A DNA stretch of 32,000 nt, from assembly GCF_000017845.1 (NCBI RefSeq), contig NC_010546.1, positions 3,300,001 through 3,332,000 of the forward strand, written 5' to 3'. Shown in pieces: positions 19,745 to 27,502 of this stretch. This stretch comes from Crocosphaera subtropica ATCC 51142 (GTDB lineage: Bacteria; Cyanobacteriota; Cyanobacteriia; Cyanobacteriales; Microcystaceae). A program made the translations under genes and the position numbers. The number at the start of each line of letters is the position of its first letter. Position 1 is the first letter of the stretch. The notes below the pieces were generated by a model. That model saw only the letters and a program-made list of their open reading frames with translations. It had not been told where the DNA came from and did not search any database.

Positions 19745-20203
19745 ATGGCCGCTAATAATGATAAAAATAATCGTGTATTTCTTTATGAAGTAGTGATTAA
19801 CCCTAAGATGGGTAAACTGAGTCAAATTGACGGTTTATTTCAACGGAGGGGAAAATTTTACTTAAAAGTGCCTCATGAACGAATGAGCCAAGAAATGCAA
19901 AAGATTAGCCGATTAGGAGGAAAAATTGTTAATATTATTCCTATCAATACTCTGAATGATCTTTTTATTGAAGAGGAGGAAGAGTTATCCTGGTGGGTGG
20001 AAATTACCACAACTCACCCTCATTGTATCTATTATTTTGGACCTTTTGATAGTTTTGTTGAAGCTTACGAACATCAAGGGGGTTATGTGGAAGATTTGCA
20101 AGAAGAAGGGGCTAAAGGGATTATCATACATATAAAACAATGCCAACCTTTAGTGTTGACCCAAGAATTAGAAGAAGAAACTTCACCCGTATACAAGTAT
20201 TAG
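19745..20203 (+). CDS. CpcD-like phycobilisome linker domain fused to a DUF1816-like domain
   Basis: The N-terminal half (RVFLYEVV...YLKVPHERMSQEMQKISRLGGKIVNIIP) matches the CpcD/small-linker domain. The C-terminal half (WWVEITTTHPHCIYYFGPFDSFVEAYEHQGGYVEDLQEEGAKGI) matches my recollection of DUF1816. Confidence 0.65.
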   Translation: MAANNDKNNRVFLYEVVINPKMGKLSQIDGLFQRRGKFYLKVPHERMSQEMQKISRLGGKIVNIIPINTLNDLFIEEEEELSWWVEITTTHPHCIYYFGPFDSFVEAYEHQGGYVEDLQEEGAKGIIIHIKQCQPLVLTQELEEETSPVYKY

Positions 20204-20213
20204 GAATCACCCT

Positions 20214-20810
20214 ATGATGGATGCACTAAAATTTTTTCAGAATAGTTCAGGAAAATGGCGATCGCAACGGACAACCCACCATTTAGCCTTCAGACGGGCT
20301 GAAATTGGCAATTCTGAGATTTATGTAGAGGCGTTAGAGTCTGATAACCCCAAAATCGTCGAAATTTGTCAAATGCACGACGTTGATCCTAGTTTAGCCG
20401 TTGGGGGTGCTTTTGTTAGTTGGGATGGTTCGATGGCCTGGGATAAAGAAGATGAAAACCATACCGGCAACACTATTTTTGCGCTTATTCCCGAACAAGA
20501 TAACCCCAGAGAAGGGGTTTTACTTCGAGAAAGAGGTTATGCTGAAATTGTCCCCATTGCCGGTCGTTATTATATCGATGCTGATGATGCACTGGTATTA
20601 ATTACCGAATATGACACCATGAGTACCATTGAGCGGTTTTGGTTTGTTAACCCTAACCTGCGCTTAAGAACCAGTACCGTACAAAGGTTTGGGGGGTTTA
20701 ATACCGCTACCTTTTGCGCTGAAATGCGTCAAGCAGATGATCTTGAGTCAAATAAGGAAACCAACCATATTGCACCTCTGAGTGTAGGTTATTCTATTAC
20801 AGGATGGTAA
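20214..20810 (+). CDS. cpcS: phycobiliprotein lyase, CpcS/CpeS (S/U) family
   Basis: FFQNSSGKWRSQRTTHHLAFRRAEIGNSEI...GGAFVSWDGSMAWD is the conserved CpcS/CpeS lipocalin-like lyase N-terminus. 198 aa. I cannot assign the subfamily (S versus U). Confidence 0.8.
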   Translation: MMDALKFFQNSSGKWRSQRTTHHLAFRRAEIGNSEIYVEALESDNPKIVEICQMHDVDPSLAVGGAFVSWDGSMAWDKEDENHTGNTIFALIPEQDNPREGVLLRERGYAEIVPIAGRYYIDADDALVLITEYDTMSTIERFWFVNPNLRLRTSTVQRFGGFNTATFCAEMRQADDLESNKETNHIAPLSVGYSITGW

Positions 20811-20875
20811 GTTAGCAGTTCTCAGCGATCAGTCATCAGTTATCAGTTTTTCACTCTAAAACCCTGATCATTTTC

Positions 20876-20903
20876 AACTCCGAACTCCGAACTCCGAACT
20901 CCG
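20876..20903. repeat. heptamer tandem repeat (AACTCCG)x4, STRR-like
   Basis: Four perfect head-to-tail units lie in the cpcS-cpcG intergenic region. Confidence 0.9.
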
Positions 20904-21013
20904 AATTCATTTTTCTTGTAACAATTGTTAATATTTGACGACCTAGCGTCCCCAACTCGCTTATGATTAGGATTACAGTTTTTAAGACTTTGTAAAATAA
21001 CGGAGGTTCAAAC

Positions 21014-21766
21014 TTGGCTCTTCCTCTTATAAATTACGCGCCCAAATCCCAAAATGCGCGAGTTGAAGGATACATCGTACCAGGAGACGAGCAACCGACC
21101 ATCTTTACGACCGAGAATGTTCTCTCTCCTGGGGACATGGACGTTTTAATCAACGCAGCTTATCGTCAAATCTTTTTCCATGCGTTTAAATGGGATCGTG
21201 AACCCTTTTTAGAGTCTCAACTCCGTAATGGACAAATTACCGTACGGGACTTTATCCGTGGGTTACTGCTTTCTAATACTTTTGTGACCAGCTTCTACGA
21301 AAAAAATAGTAACTATCGCTATGTTGAACAATGCGTTCAACGGGTATTAGGACGGGACGTTTACAGCGAACAGGAAAAAATCGCTTGGTCTATTGTGGTT
21401 GCCACCAAAGGATACGGTGGTTTCATTGATGAGTTACTCAATAGCGATGAGTATCTAGACAACTTTGGCTATGATACCGTACCCTATCAGCGTCGTCGTA
21501 ACCTTCCTGGACGGGATCAAGGAGAATTACCCTTTAACATTAAATCTCCCCGTTACGATAGCTACTATCGCGGTATTTTAGGCTTTCCTCAAATTGTATG
21601 GCAAAACGAAATCCGTCGTTTTATTCCCCAAGACAAAAAGCCCAAAGCTGGCGATCCTGCTAACTACTTAGCGACAGCTCGTAGTATTGCTAGCGCACAA
21701 GGTAAGACAACCCCCAGAGTTTCTACTGGAAGTCTTGATTATTTAGCGAAGGTTCCCCGTCGTTAA
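21014..21766 (+). CDS. cpcG: phycobilisome rod-core linker polypeptide
   Basis: [20 protein letters not shown]...[15 protein letters not shown]...[18 protein letters not shown] is the CpcG PBS-linker domain. TTG start, with GGAGG at 21003-21007. Confidence 0.9.
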   Translation: MALPLINYAPKSQNARVEGYIVPGDEQPTIFTTENVLSPGDMDVLINAAYRQIFFHAFKWDREPFLESQLRNGQITVRDFIRGLLLSNTFVTSFYEKNSNYRYVEQCVQRVLGRDVYSEQEKIAWSIVVATKGYGGFIDELLNSDEYLDNFGYDTVPYQRRRNLPGRDQGELPFNIKSPRYDSYYRGILGFPQIVWQNEIRRFIPQDKKPKAGDPANYLATARSIASAQGKTTPRVSTGSLDYLAKVPRR

Positions 21767-21974
21767 TGTTTAACCCTGTTTAATTTTACAGCAAGGTTCG
21801 GGAAAGTTGCGGATCAATAGAATGATTAAGTCGTCTAGACAAGGTTATTTTATAGTTCTGTGACTTTCCCTAGTTTTTGAGTAAGGATTCAGTTAGTAGA
21901 GTAAAGTTAAAACGGTTAAATATTTTTTAAAACAAGAACTCGATATAAATGTTCAACTCAAGGAAAATATAAAC

Positions 21975-21999
21975 AACTCCCAACCCCGAACCCCGAACT
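21975..21999. repeat. degenerate heptamer repeat (AACTCCC AACCCCG AACCCCG AACT)
   Basis: Read directly from the sequence. It is related to the AACTCCG unit at 20876. Confidence 0.7.
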
Positions 22000-22071
22000 T
22001 AAATAACCTCTTCCCCAAAGCCCTCAAAATTTGGTAGCCTAATCTAATACTTAGGGAATGGATATAGAAGC

Positions 22072-23235
22072 GTGGATATTATTATTGGTCGTGGTAAAAC
22101 AGCCCGACGTGCTTACGGTATAGACGAAATTGCACTGGTCCCCGGCACTCGTACCTTAGATCCCAGTTTAGCGGATACCCGTTGGACGATTGGAGGTATT
22201 GAGCGCACTATCCCCATTTTAGCCAGTGCAATGGATGGGGTAGTAGACGTGAAAATGGCCGGGTTACTCTCAGAGTTAGGGGCGATCGGCGTTCTCAACT
22301 TAGAAGGGATTCAAACCCGTTACGATGATCCCGAACCCATCCTCGATCGCATTGCATCGGTGGGTAAGTCGGAATTTGTGGGGTTAATGCAGGAACTCTA
22401 TGCAAAACCCATTCAACCGGAATTAGTCAAACAGCGTATCACCGACATCAAAAACAATGGGGGTATTGCTGCAGTCAGTTTAACCCCTGCCGGCGCATCT
22501 CAATACGGTAATATTGTCGCTGAAGCAGGAGCTGATCTATTATTTGTACAAGCCACAGTAGTGTCGACAGCCCATTTATCGCCAGAATCCATTACGCCTC
22601 TGGATTTACAGGGATTTTGCCAAGAAATGCCCATGCCAGTCATTTTCGGTAACTGTGTCACCTACGAAGTGGCGTTAAACCTGATGAAAGCTGGAGCAGC
22701 CGCCGTTTTAGTGGGGATTGGACCCGGTGCTGCTTGTACCTCTCGCGGTGTTCTAGGAGTAGGGGTTCCTCAACCCACAGCGATCGCAGATTGTGCAGCA
22801 GCGAGAAATGATTATCAGCAAGAAACAGGCCGTTATGTTCCCGTGGTTGCTGATGGCGGTATTGTTACCGGCGGAGACATCTGTAAATGTATCGCTTGCG
22901 GTGCCGATGCAGTGATGATCGGTTCTCCTATTGCTCGTGCGGCCGAAGCCCCTGGACGGGGTTATCATTGGGGTATGGCCACCCCTTCCCCTGTGTTACC
23001 GAGGGGGACTCGCATTAATGTAGGAACCACCGGAACCATTGCAGAAATTCTCACCGGTCCGGCTAAATTAGACGATGGAACCCATAATTTACTCGGAGCA
23101 TTAAAAACCAGTATGGGAACCCTAGGAGCAAAGGATCTTAAGGAAATGCAAGAGGTAGAAGTGGTCATCGCCCCTTCGTTGTTGACAGAAGGAAAAGTTT
23201 ACCAAAAAGCTCAACAGTTAGGTATGGGTAAATAA
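22072..23235 (+). CDS. GuaB3-type IMP dehydrogenase-related protein (no CBS pair)
   Basis: 387 aa with a GTG start. MDIIIGRGKTARRAYGIDEIALVPG... and the TIM-barrel blocks (GIGPGAACTSR, VADGGI..GGDI.K.IA.GADAVM.GS) resemble IMPDH. The protein is short and lacks the Bateman insert. Confidence 0.85.
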   Translation: MDIIIGRGKTARRAYGIDEIALVPGTRTLDPSLADTRWTIGGIERTIPILASAMDGVVDVKMAGLLSELGAIGVLNLEGIQTRYDDPEPILDRIASVGKSEFVGLMQELYAKPIQPELVKQRITDIKNNGGIAAVSLTPAGASQYGNIVAEAGADLLFVQATVVSTAHLSPESITPLDLQGFCQEMPMPVIFGNCVTYEVALNLMKAGAAAVLVGIGPGAACTSRGVLGVGVPQPTAIADCAAARNDYQQETGRYVPVVADGGIVTGGDICKCIACGADAVMIGSPIARAAEAPGRGYHWGMATPSPVLPRGTRINVGTTGTIAEILTGPAKLDDGTHNLLGALKTSMGTLGAKDLKEMQEVEVVIAPSLLTEGKVYQKAQQLGMGK

Positions 23236-23247
23236 GAACCCTTAATT

Positions 23248-23287
23248 GCCCCCAATTAGCTTTATAGAGTTAGTTGGGGCTTTTTTT
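23248..23287 (+). terminator. rho-independent terminator of the GuaB3-like gene
   Basis: GCCCCCAATTA pairs with TAGTTGGGGC (one bulge) and is followed by T7 (23281-23287). Confidence 0.7.
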
Positions 23288-23321
23288 ATCAATGAATAAA
23301 TGAATAATTAAAATAATCTAT

Positions 23322-23342
23322 CCTGTTCCCTGTTCCCTGTTC
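23322..23342. repeat. heptamer tandem repeat (CCTGTTC)x3, STRR-like
   Basis: Three perfect units. Nearby, 23370-23391 carries two GAGTTCGG copies; AGTTCGG is the reverse complement of CCGAACT, the repeating sequence of the tandem array at 20876. Confidence 0.85.
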
Positions 23343-23811
23343 AGAAAAGCATTCACCGTTTAGCAACCTGAGTTCGGTGTTATGAGTTCGGAGTGGGACT
23401 ACGTCGTGCTACGCAACGGAGTTAGAATTTTTTTAACGAGGGAATCAGGATTTGAGACTTCTTGTTAGTTTTCAGGTTTCCATAGATTCTCTTCCATCAA
23501 ACTCAGGTTAGCAGTCAGTGTTATAAGAATATAGCTGATAGCTGAACGCTTACGAACTAGCTAGTTTGAGCCAAGGTGTAAGATAGAAGCATTACCTAAA
23601 TATATCATCACGATTCAATATTTCAATGAAACTATCCTAACGATTCCAAGGAAGTTTGTGTTATCTTAAAAAGCCTTCGGAAAGCAAGGGAACTAATTTT
23701 TGTTATTTTAGTTCTTTTCTATCTAGGGATTGACAAATTCCAGTCAATGACGGCAATCTGAAAAAAAGTTAAAATTATTAACTCTGTTTTAAAATTGCTG
23801 GTTATATATTT

Positions 23812-25218
23812 ATGCTTTCTTTACTATCATCACTACTCATCGCACAAACCGCATCCTATCCCTTAACCTATCGGGAAAGGAACCCTCAATTTATCACTCA
23901 ACCTCAAGAGATCAGGCCATTACCTGGCCAGCTCAATGATGTTTTAGTTTTCAATAGTAATAGCCCTGAAGTCGTATCCAGGGAAGGGGTTTTATTATCG
24001 ACGTTTCCTCCCAATGGCAAAAGTCGTCCTAATGCCCATCTCAATTATCCTATAGAGGGTCGTTTTGATGTTTTCACCCATCACATCTCTCGACCAGCTC
24101 AAGGCAATAAAACCCTTTATCAAGGTCTTTTGGTTCATAATCCCACATCCGAGACAGTAGTAGTTAGGGTGTTACAAGGAGCGAGTTATCTCAACTCTTC
24201 TGATGCACCGTTTATTAATCTTCCGCCTATTGTTGAAGATCCATCAGGACAAGTTTTTTCTGGTCCGGGTTCCCGTTTAATGGGAGATATTTTACGAGGG
24301 GTTAACCAAGACGAATTATCCCGTCGTATTGTGATCCCACCCCATCAGAGTCGGATGCTGTTTACCCTTCCTATTAAACCCAGTAGCGCGCGCTCGACGT
24401 TTTTACGGGTGTACAGCGATGGTCCTTTGTACATGGCTAATTTAGCCCTTTATGAAGTGGCAGAACAAATTAAATACAAAGAAGGAGACAAAGAGAAAGT
24501 CAAAATAGCCTATCGAGAACCTAATCTTAATGAGTGGCGACACATTGTGACCAAAGGAGGTTTAATTTATCCAAGAGACTTAGCCCCGACTCCTCCTGAT
24601 GTGGACTATGGGGATAAAACCATTTATGGCCGTGTTGCTGGTATTTCTGTAGGTTCTGAATGGGAAGCAAGACTGAGCGATGGACCAGGAAAACCCTATC
24701 TAAGTATTCCTCAACGGGGTGGGGCGTTTTCTTATCCCCTTAGTACCGTGACAACTGGAACCCACGGGACACAACAAATACAAAGCGCACCGATGTTAGT
24801 GCGTTATCCTGATACCGCTTATAAAGCTCATGGCAACTATGGGGTACATTATAATTTAACCTTACCTTTGGTTAATAAGACCAACGAACCTCAAACGGTG
24901 GCCGTTAGTTTGCAAACCCCTTTCAAGAAAAATCAATACGCTGATCGCCTCATTTTCTCCCGTCGGCCTCAAGGTCAAGTGTTCTTTCGTGGAACTGTAC
25001 AGGTTAATTATGAAAATGGGGAAGGAAAGACTCAAGAACGTTTCTTTCACTTAGTCCAACGACAAGGACAACAAGGGGAACCTTTGGTAAGATTCAATCT
25101 CAAACCAGGGGAACAAAGAATGGTAGAGGTTGATTTTCTCTATCCTCCTGATGCAACGCCTCCCCAAGTGTTGACTGTAGAAACCATGCAGCTTTTCTAC
25201 GGTAATCTTCCTAATTAA
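23812..25218 (+). CDS. conserved cyanobacterial hypothetical protein (DUF3370-like)
   Basis: 468-aa ORF with coding-like composition and a hydrophobic N-terminus. The IRPLPGQLNDVLVFNSNSPE block is recalled from DUF3370. Function unknown. Confidence 0.5.
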   Translation: MLSLLSSLLIAQTASYPLTYRERNPQFITQPQEIRPLPGQLNDVLVFNSNSPEVVSREGVLLSTFPPNGKSRPNAHLNYPIEGRFDVFTHHISRPAQGNKTLYQGLLVHNPTSETVVVRVLQGASYLNSSDAPFINLPPIVEDPSGQVFSGPGSRLMGDILRGVNQDELSRRIVIPPHQSRMLFTLPIKPSSARSTFLRVYSDGPLYMANLALYEVAEQIKYKEGDKEKVKIAYREPNLNEWRHIVTKGGLIYPRDLAPTPPDVDYGDKTIYGRVAGISVGSEWEARLSDGPGKPYLSIPQRGGAFSYPLSTVTTGTHGTQQIQSAPMLVRYPDTAYKAHGNYGVHYNLTLPLVNKTNEPQTVAVSLQTPFKKNQYADRLIFSRRPQGQVFFRGTVQVNYENGEGKTQERFFHLVQRQGQQGEPLVRFNLKPGEQRMVEVDFLYPPDATPPQVLTVETMQLFYGNLPN

Positions 25219-25231
25219 ACGTGTAGGTGTA

Positions 25232-25261
25232 GGGGGTGTGATATGGGTTAATGTCACCCCC
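25232..25261 (+). terminator. hairpin downstream of the DUF3370-like gene (weak terminator candidate)
   Basis: GGGGGTG (25232-25238) pairs with CACCCCC (25255-25261), with a 16-nt loop. It is followed by AATTTTG. Confidence 0.35.
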
Positions 25262-25417
25262 AATTTTGAGATTGATAACAGTACAAAAATTAATTAGGGT
25301 TAGGATATTGTTGTATTTTTTATTGTCATTCCGAGGCAACGAGGAATCTCATTCACTTAATAATCATAATGCGTAGTAATATCATTTCATTTTTTGCTTA
25401 AAAAATAATCAAATTTC

Positions 25418-25975
25418 TTAAAATTTTAACCAATTAAATATGTGTTCAACGGTTAACTGTAAATCAATTTCAGTCAAGATAGGTAATAGTTGATCGCCTC
25501 GAAATAATTGTACTTTTTGTTCAGGAAAAATTACTAGAATTGTTTCTTCTTCAGGATAAATTAACCAACCTAATTCTGTGCCATATTGAGAACAATGTAA
25601 CAGATTTTCTAATACTTTACTTGAACTTTGACCAGGGGATAAAATTTCGATTGACCAATCAGGATATATTTCAAAACGGTTAGCAATTTTCCCTGACGCA
25701 GTGATAGGAATTCTTTGCCAACGGAAAACAGAGACATCAGGGATAATAGAATTACCGCCAAAGGTACAACGCAATTCTGAAAAAGCATAAGCGATTTTAG
25801 CATCTTCTGTTACATTATTGATAACAGAACAGAGCTTAGACTGTAATCTACTATGTTCTCCTTGTGGCATGGGTTTTTGTCTAATTTTTCCTTGAATAAA
25901 TTCGCTTCCTGGTTTTGTTTCGGGAAGGGTTAAAAATTCTTCTAAGGTTAAAGGTTTGGCTGGTGTTTTAACCAT
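25418..25975 (-). CDS. Uma2 (DUF820) family endonuclease
   Basis: 185 aa. It shows LTLEEFLTLPE...EFIQGKI..KPMPQGEHS...PDVSVF...PDWSIEILSPG, the Uma2 PD-(D/E)xK-like layout. Confidence 0.8.
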   Translation of the reverse strand: MVKTPAKPLTLEEFLTLPETKPGSEFIQGKIRQKPMPQGEHSRLQSKLCSVINNVTEDAKIAYAFSELRCTFGGNSIIPDVSVFRWQRIPITASGKIANRFEIYPDWSIEILSPGQSSSKVLENLLHCSQYGTELGWLIYPEEETILVIFPEQKVQLFRGDQLLPILTEIDLQLTVEHIFNWLKF

Positions 25976-26082
25976 TGGTTTATTTATCTGACTTTATTTT
26001 TATTATAGGATAAAATAAAAAAGAGAAATTCCTAATTTAGTGATTTTTGATAATAATTTAAACAAAAGGTGAGGTAAAGTCT

Positions 26083-26262
26083 ATTTTTCCCACGACTAAA
26101 CAATGTGTCAGTTGCGTTGAAGTCTGTCTTGACTTGACAGGCTTTTATATTCCAATTTATTTGATAAGATTAGATGAGAGAAACAATCAACTCATCATCT
26201 TAGCAGGGGATGAAATTGAACTAACAATTGATCCAGATGGAGAATGGAGGTTTTTAACATGA
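26083..26262 (+). CDS. candidate small protein (DUF6888-like), no canonical start codon; absent from the ORF track
   Basis: The frame is open over 26062-26259 (..IFPTTKQCVSCVEVCLDLTGFYIPIYLIRLDERNNQLIILAGDEIELTIDPDGEWRFLT). It has no in-frame ATG or GTG. ATT at 26083 lies 8 nt downstream of AAGGTGAGG (26066-26074). Its TGA (26260-26262) overlaps the ATG (26259) of the next gene. Confidence 0.45.
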   Translation: MFPTTKQCVSCVEVCLDLTGFYIPIYLIRLDERNNQLIILAGDEIELTIDPDGEWRFLT

Positions 26263-26462
26263 AAATTGATTTTTCTGCCATGAGTACCCCAGAATTACGT
26301 CGTTATGTTCTACAAAATAGGGATGATAAACCTGCTTTTTATGCTTTGATGGATCGACTTAATTCTAATACATCAACTACCAGTTATCCTTGTCCCAATA
26401 CTCCAGAGAACATAGAAATTATGAAACAAGCAATTAGGAAAAAACTGAATCAAATTCAATAA
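26259..26462 (+). CDS. small protein, DUF6887-like
   Basis: MKIDFSAMSTPELRRYVLQNRDDKPAFYALMDRLNSN... I prefer ATG 26259 (ATGA overlap with the upstream ORF) over the track start at 26244. Confidence 0.6.
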   Translation: MKIDFSAMSTPELRRYVLQNRDDKPAFYALMDRLNSNTSTTSYPCPNTPENIEIMKQAIRKKLNQIQ

Positions 26463-26479
26463 TCCCTAAAGATAAACAA

Positions 26480-26856
26480 CTAATTATCATTGGAAATAAT
26501 AGGAAGAATTCTTATTTTAGAACGACTAAGATCAATAGTCACTAATGCACCTGATTCTAACTCAGATTGAAAACGAGTTAAAGATTGAATCAAAATTGTT
26601 TCTAAAGATTGGGGAAATAAATCTTGAGTGCGTACTTGAATAACACTAGGAAATTGTGCCTGAGTAGCTGCTAGTAATGCACCAAAATCTAGATCATTAG
26701 TAAATATAATATAGTTATTGTCTAATGCCCATTCCATGATAACTTTATCAGTAGCACTAGGATTTCCTATGCTTGACCAATGTTTTGCTTCTATCTCATA
26801 TTTAGAAAAATATTAACCCAATCTGGTGATAAATTCATATCAATTAAGATTTTCAT
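26480..26856 (-). pseudogene. DUF5615 family PIN-like (Mut7-C-like) putative toxin, frameshifted
   Basis: ATG 26856 gives MKILIDMNLSPDWVNIFLNMR*. The rest (..KYEIEAKHWSSIGNPSATDKVIMEWALDNNYIIFTNDLDFGALLA...) is in another frame. Adding one base to the A5 run at 26806-26810 (T5 on the coding strand) restores ..DWVNIFSKYEIEAKHW.. Confidence 0.7.
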
Positions 26857-27083
26857 ACCATGTTTAGATCAATTTCTCTCTCTTCGACTCGCCATGCTGC
26901 ATAGGTTAATGCTTCATAGATATCAGCTTCTTCTAGATAAGGATAAGCTATTAAAATCTCTTGTATAGAACGTCCAGCAGCCATTAAACCGACGATTGTT
27001 CCAACTGTTACCCTCATCCCTCTAATACAAGGTTTGCCCCCCATAACTTCAGGATTAATTGTTATTCTCGTTAGTGTTTTCAT
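26853..27083 (-). CDS. DUF433 domain protein (putative antitoxin partner of DUF5615)
   Basis: ITINPEVMGGKPCIRGMRVTVGTIVGLMAAG.S..EILIAYPYLEEADIYEAL.YA is the DUF433 core. Its TGA overlaps the ATG of the DUF5615 gene (ATGA). Confidence 0.8.
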   Translation of the reverse strand: MKTLTRITINPEVMGGKPCIRGMRVTVGTIVGLMAAGRSIQEILIAYPYLEEADIYEALTYAAWRVEEREIDLNMV

Positions 27084-27322
27084 TTAATTCAATTCCTAAA
27101 TTTAATCTAAATTGAGTAAGCCTTAACTTCCTAGATTTATAATCCAATATGTTGAGTTTAACGTATTTGAAGTTAAGAAGAAAAAGTTTTAATCATTGAT
27201 GATTTTACGAAATTACACTGATAAGAGATCAAAAATTTATAATTTTTTCTGTAATTATACCAGTTTACGAAATGTATATTTATTGAGCTATACTAATTTC
27301 TAAGAAATTAAAGGATTAATGT

Positions 27323-27493
27323 ATGTCTACTACAAATAACTCAGAATCAATGATTAAAGCTGCTAGTTTAGGCTCAAAAATTGTTAAAGCGGTTGCTCCT
27401 CCTCTTACAGAAGTTCTTATTGATGAGCTAGAAATCAAGCATAAAGAAGAACGTAACAAAACACAAGATAAACAACGTTGGTCTTCTAAATAA
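27323..27493 (+). CDS. candidate 56-aa hydrophilic protein upstream of the LRAT-like gene (absent from the ORF track)
   Basis: The ATG at 27323 is preceded by AAGGA (27311-27315). Translation: MSTTNNSESMIKAASLGSKIVKAVAPPLTEVLIDELEIKHKEERNKTQDKQRWSSK*. It ends 9 nt before the ATG at 27503. The opposite-strand track ORF 27316-27510 is Leu/Ser/Cys-rich and looks like a shadow ORF. Confidence 0.4.
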   Translation: MSTTNNSESMIKAASLGSKIVKAVAPPLTEVLIDELEIKHKEERNKTQDKQRWSSK

Positions 27494-27502
27494 GAAAAGT
27501 AG

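Noticed and set aside
20876-20903. Whether the tandem heptamers, or any other repeat in the window, could be a CRISPR array.
   Set aside because: The units are 7 nt long and contiguous, with no spacers. No 25-40-nt direct repeats with unique spacers, and no cas genes, are present anywhere in the window.
22113-23168. Minus-strand ORFs 22113-22298, 22753-22968 and 22965-23168 within the GuaB3-like gene. Similar cases are 24862-25263 (DUF3370-like gene), 25609-25803 (Uma2), 27884-28099, 29073-29276 and 29966-30196.
   Set aside because: All are short and lie antisense or out of frame within longer ORFs that have family signatures. None has independent support.
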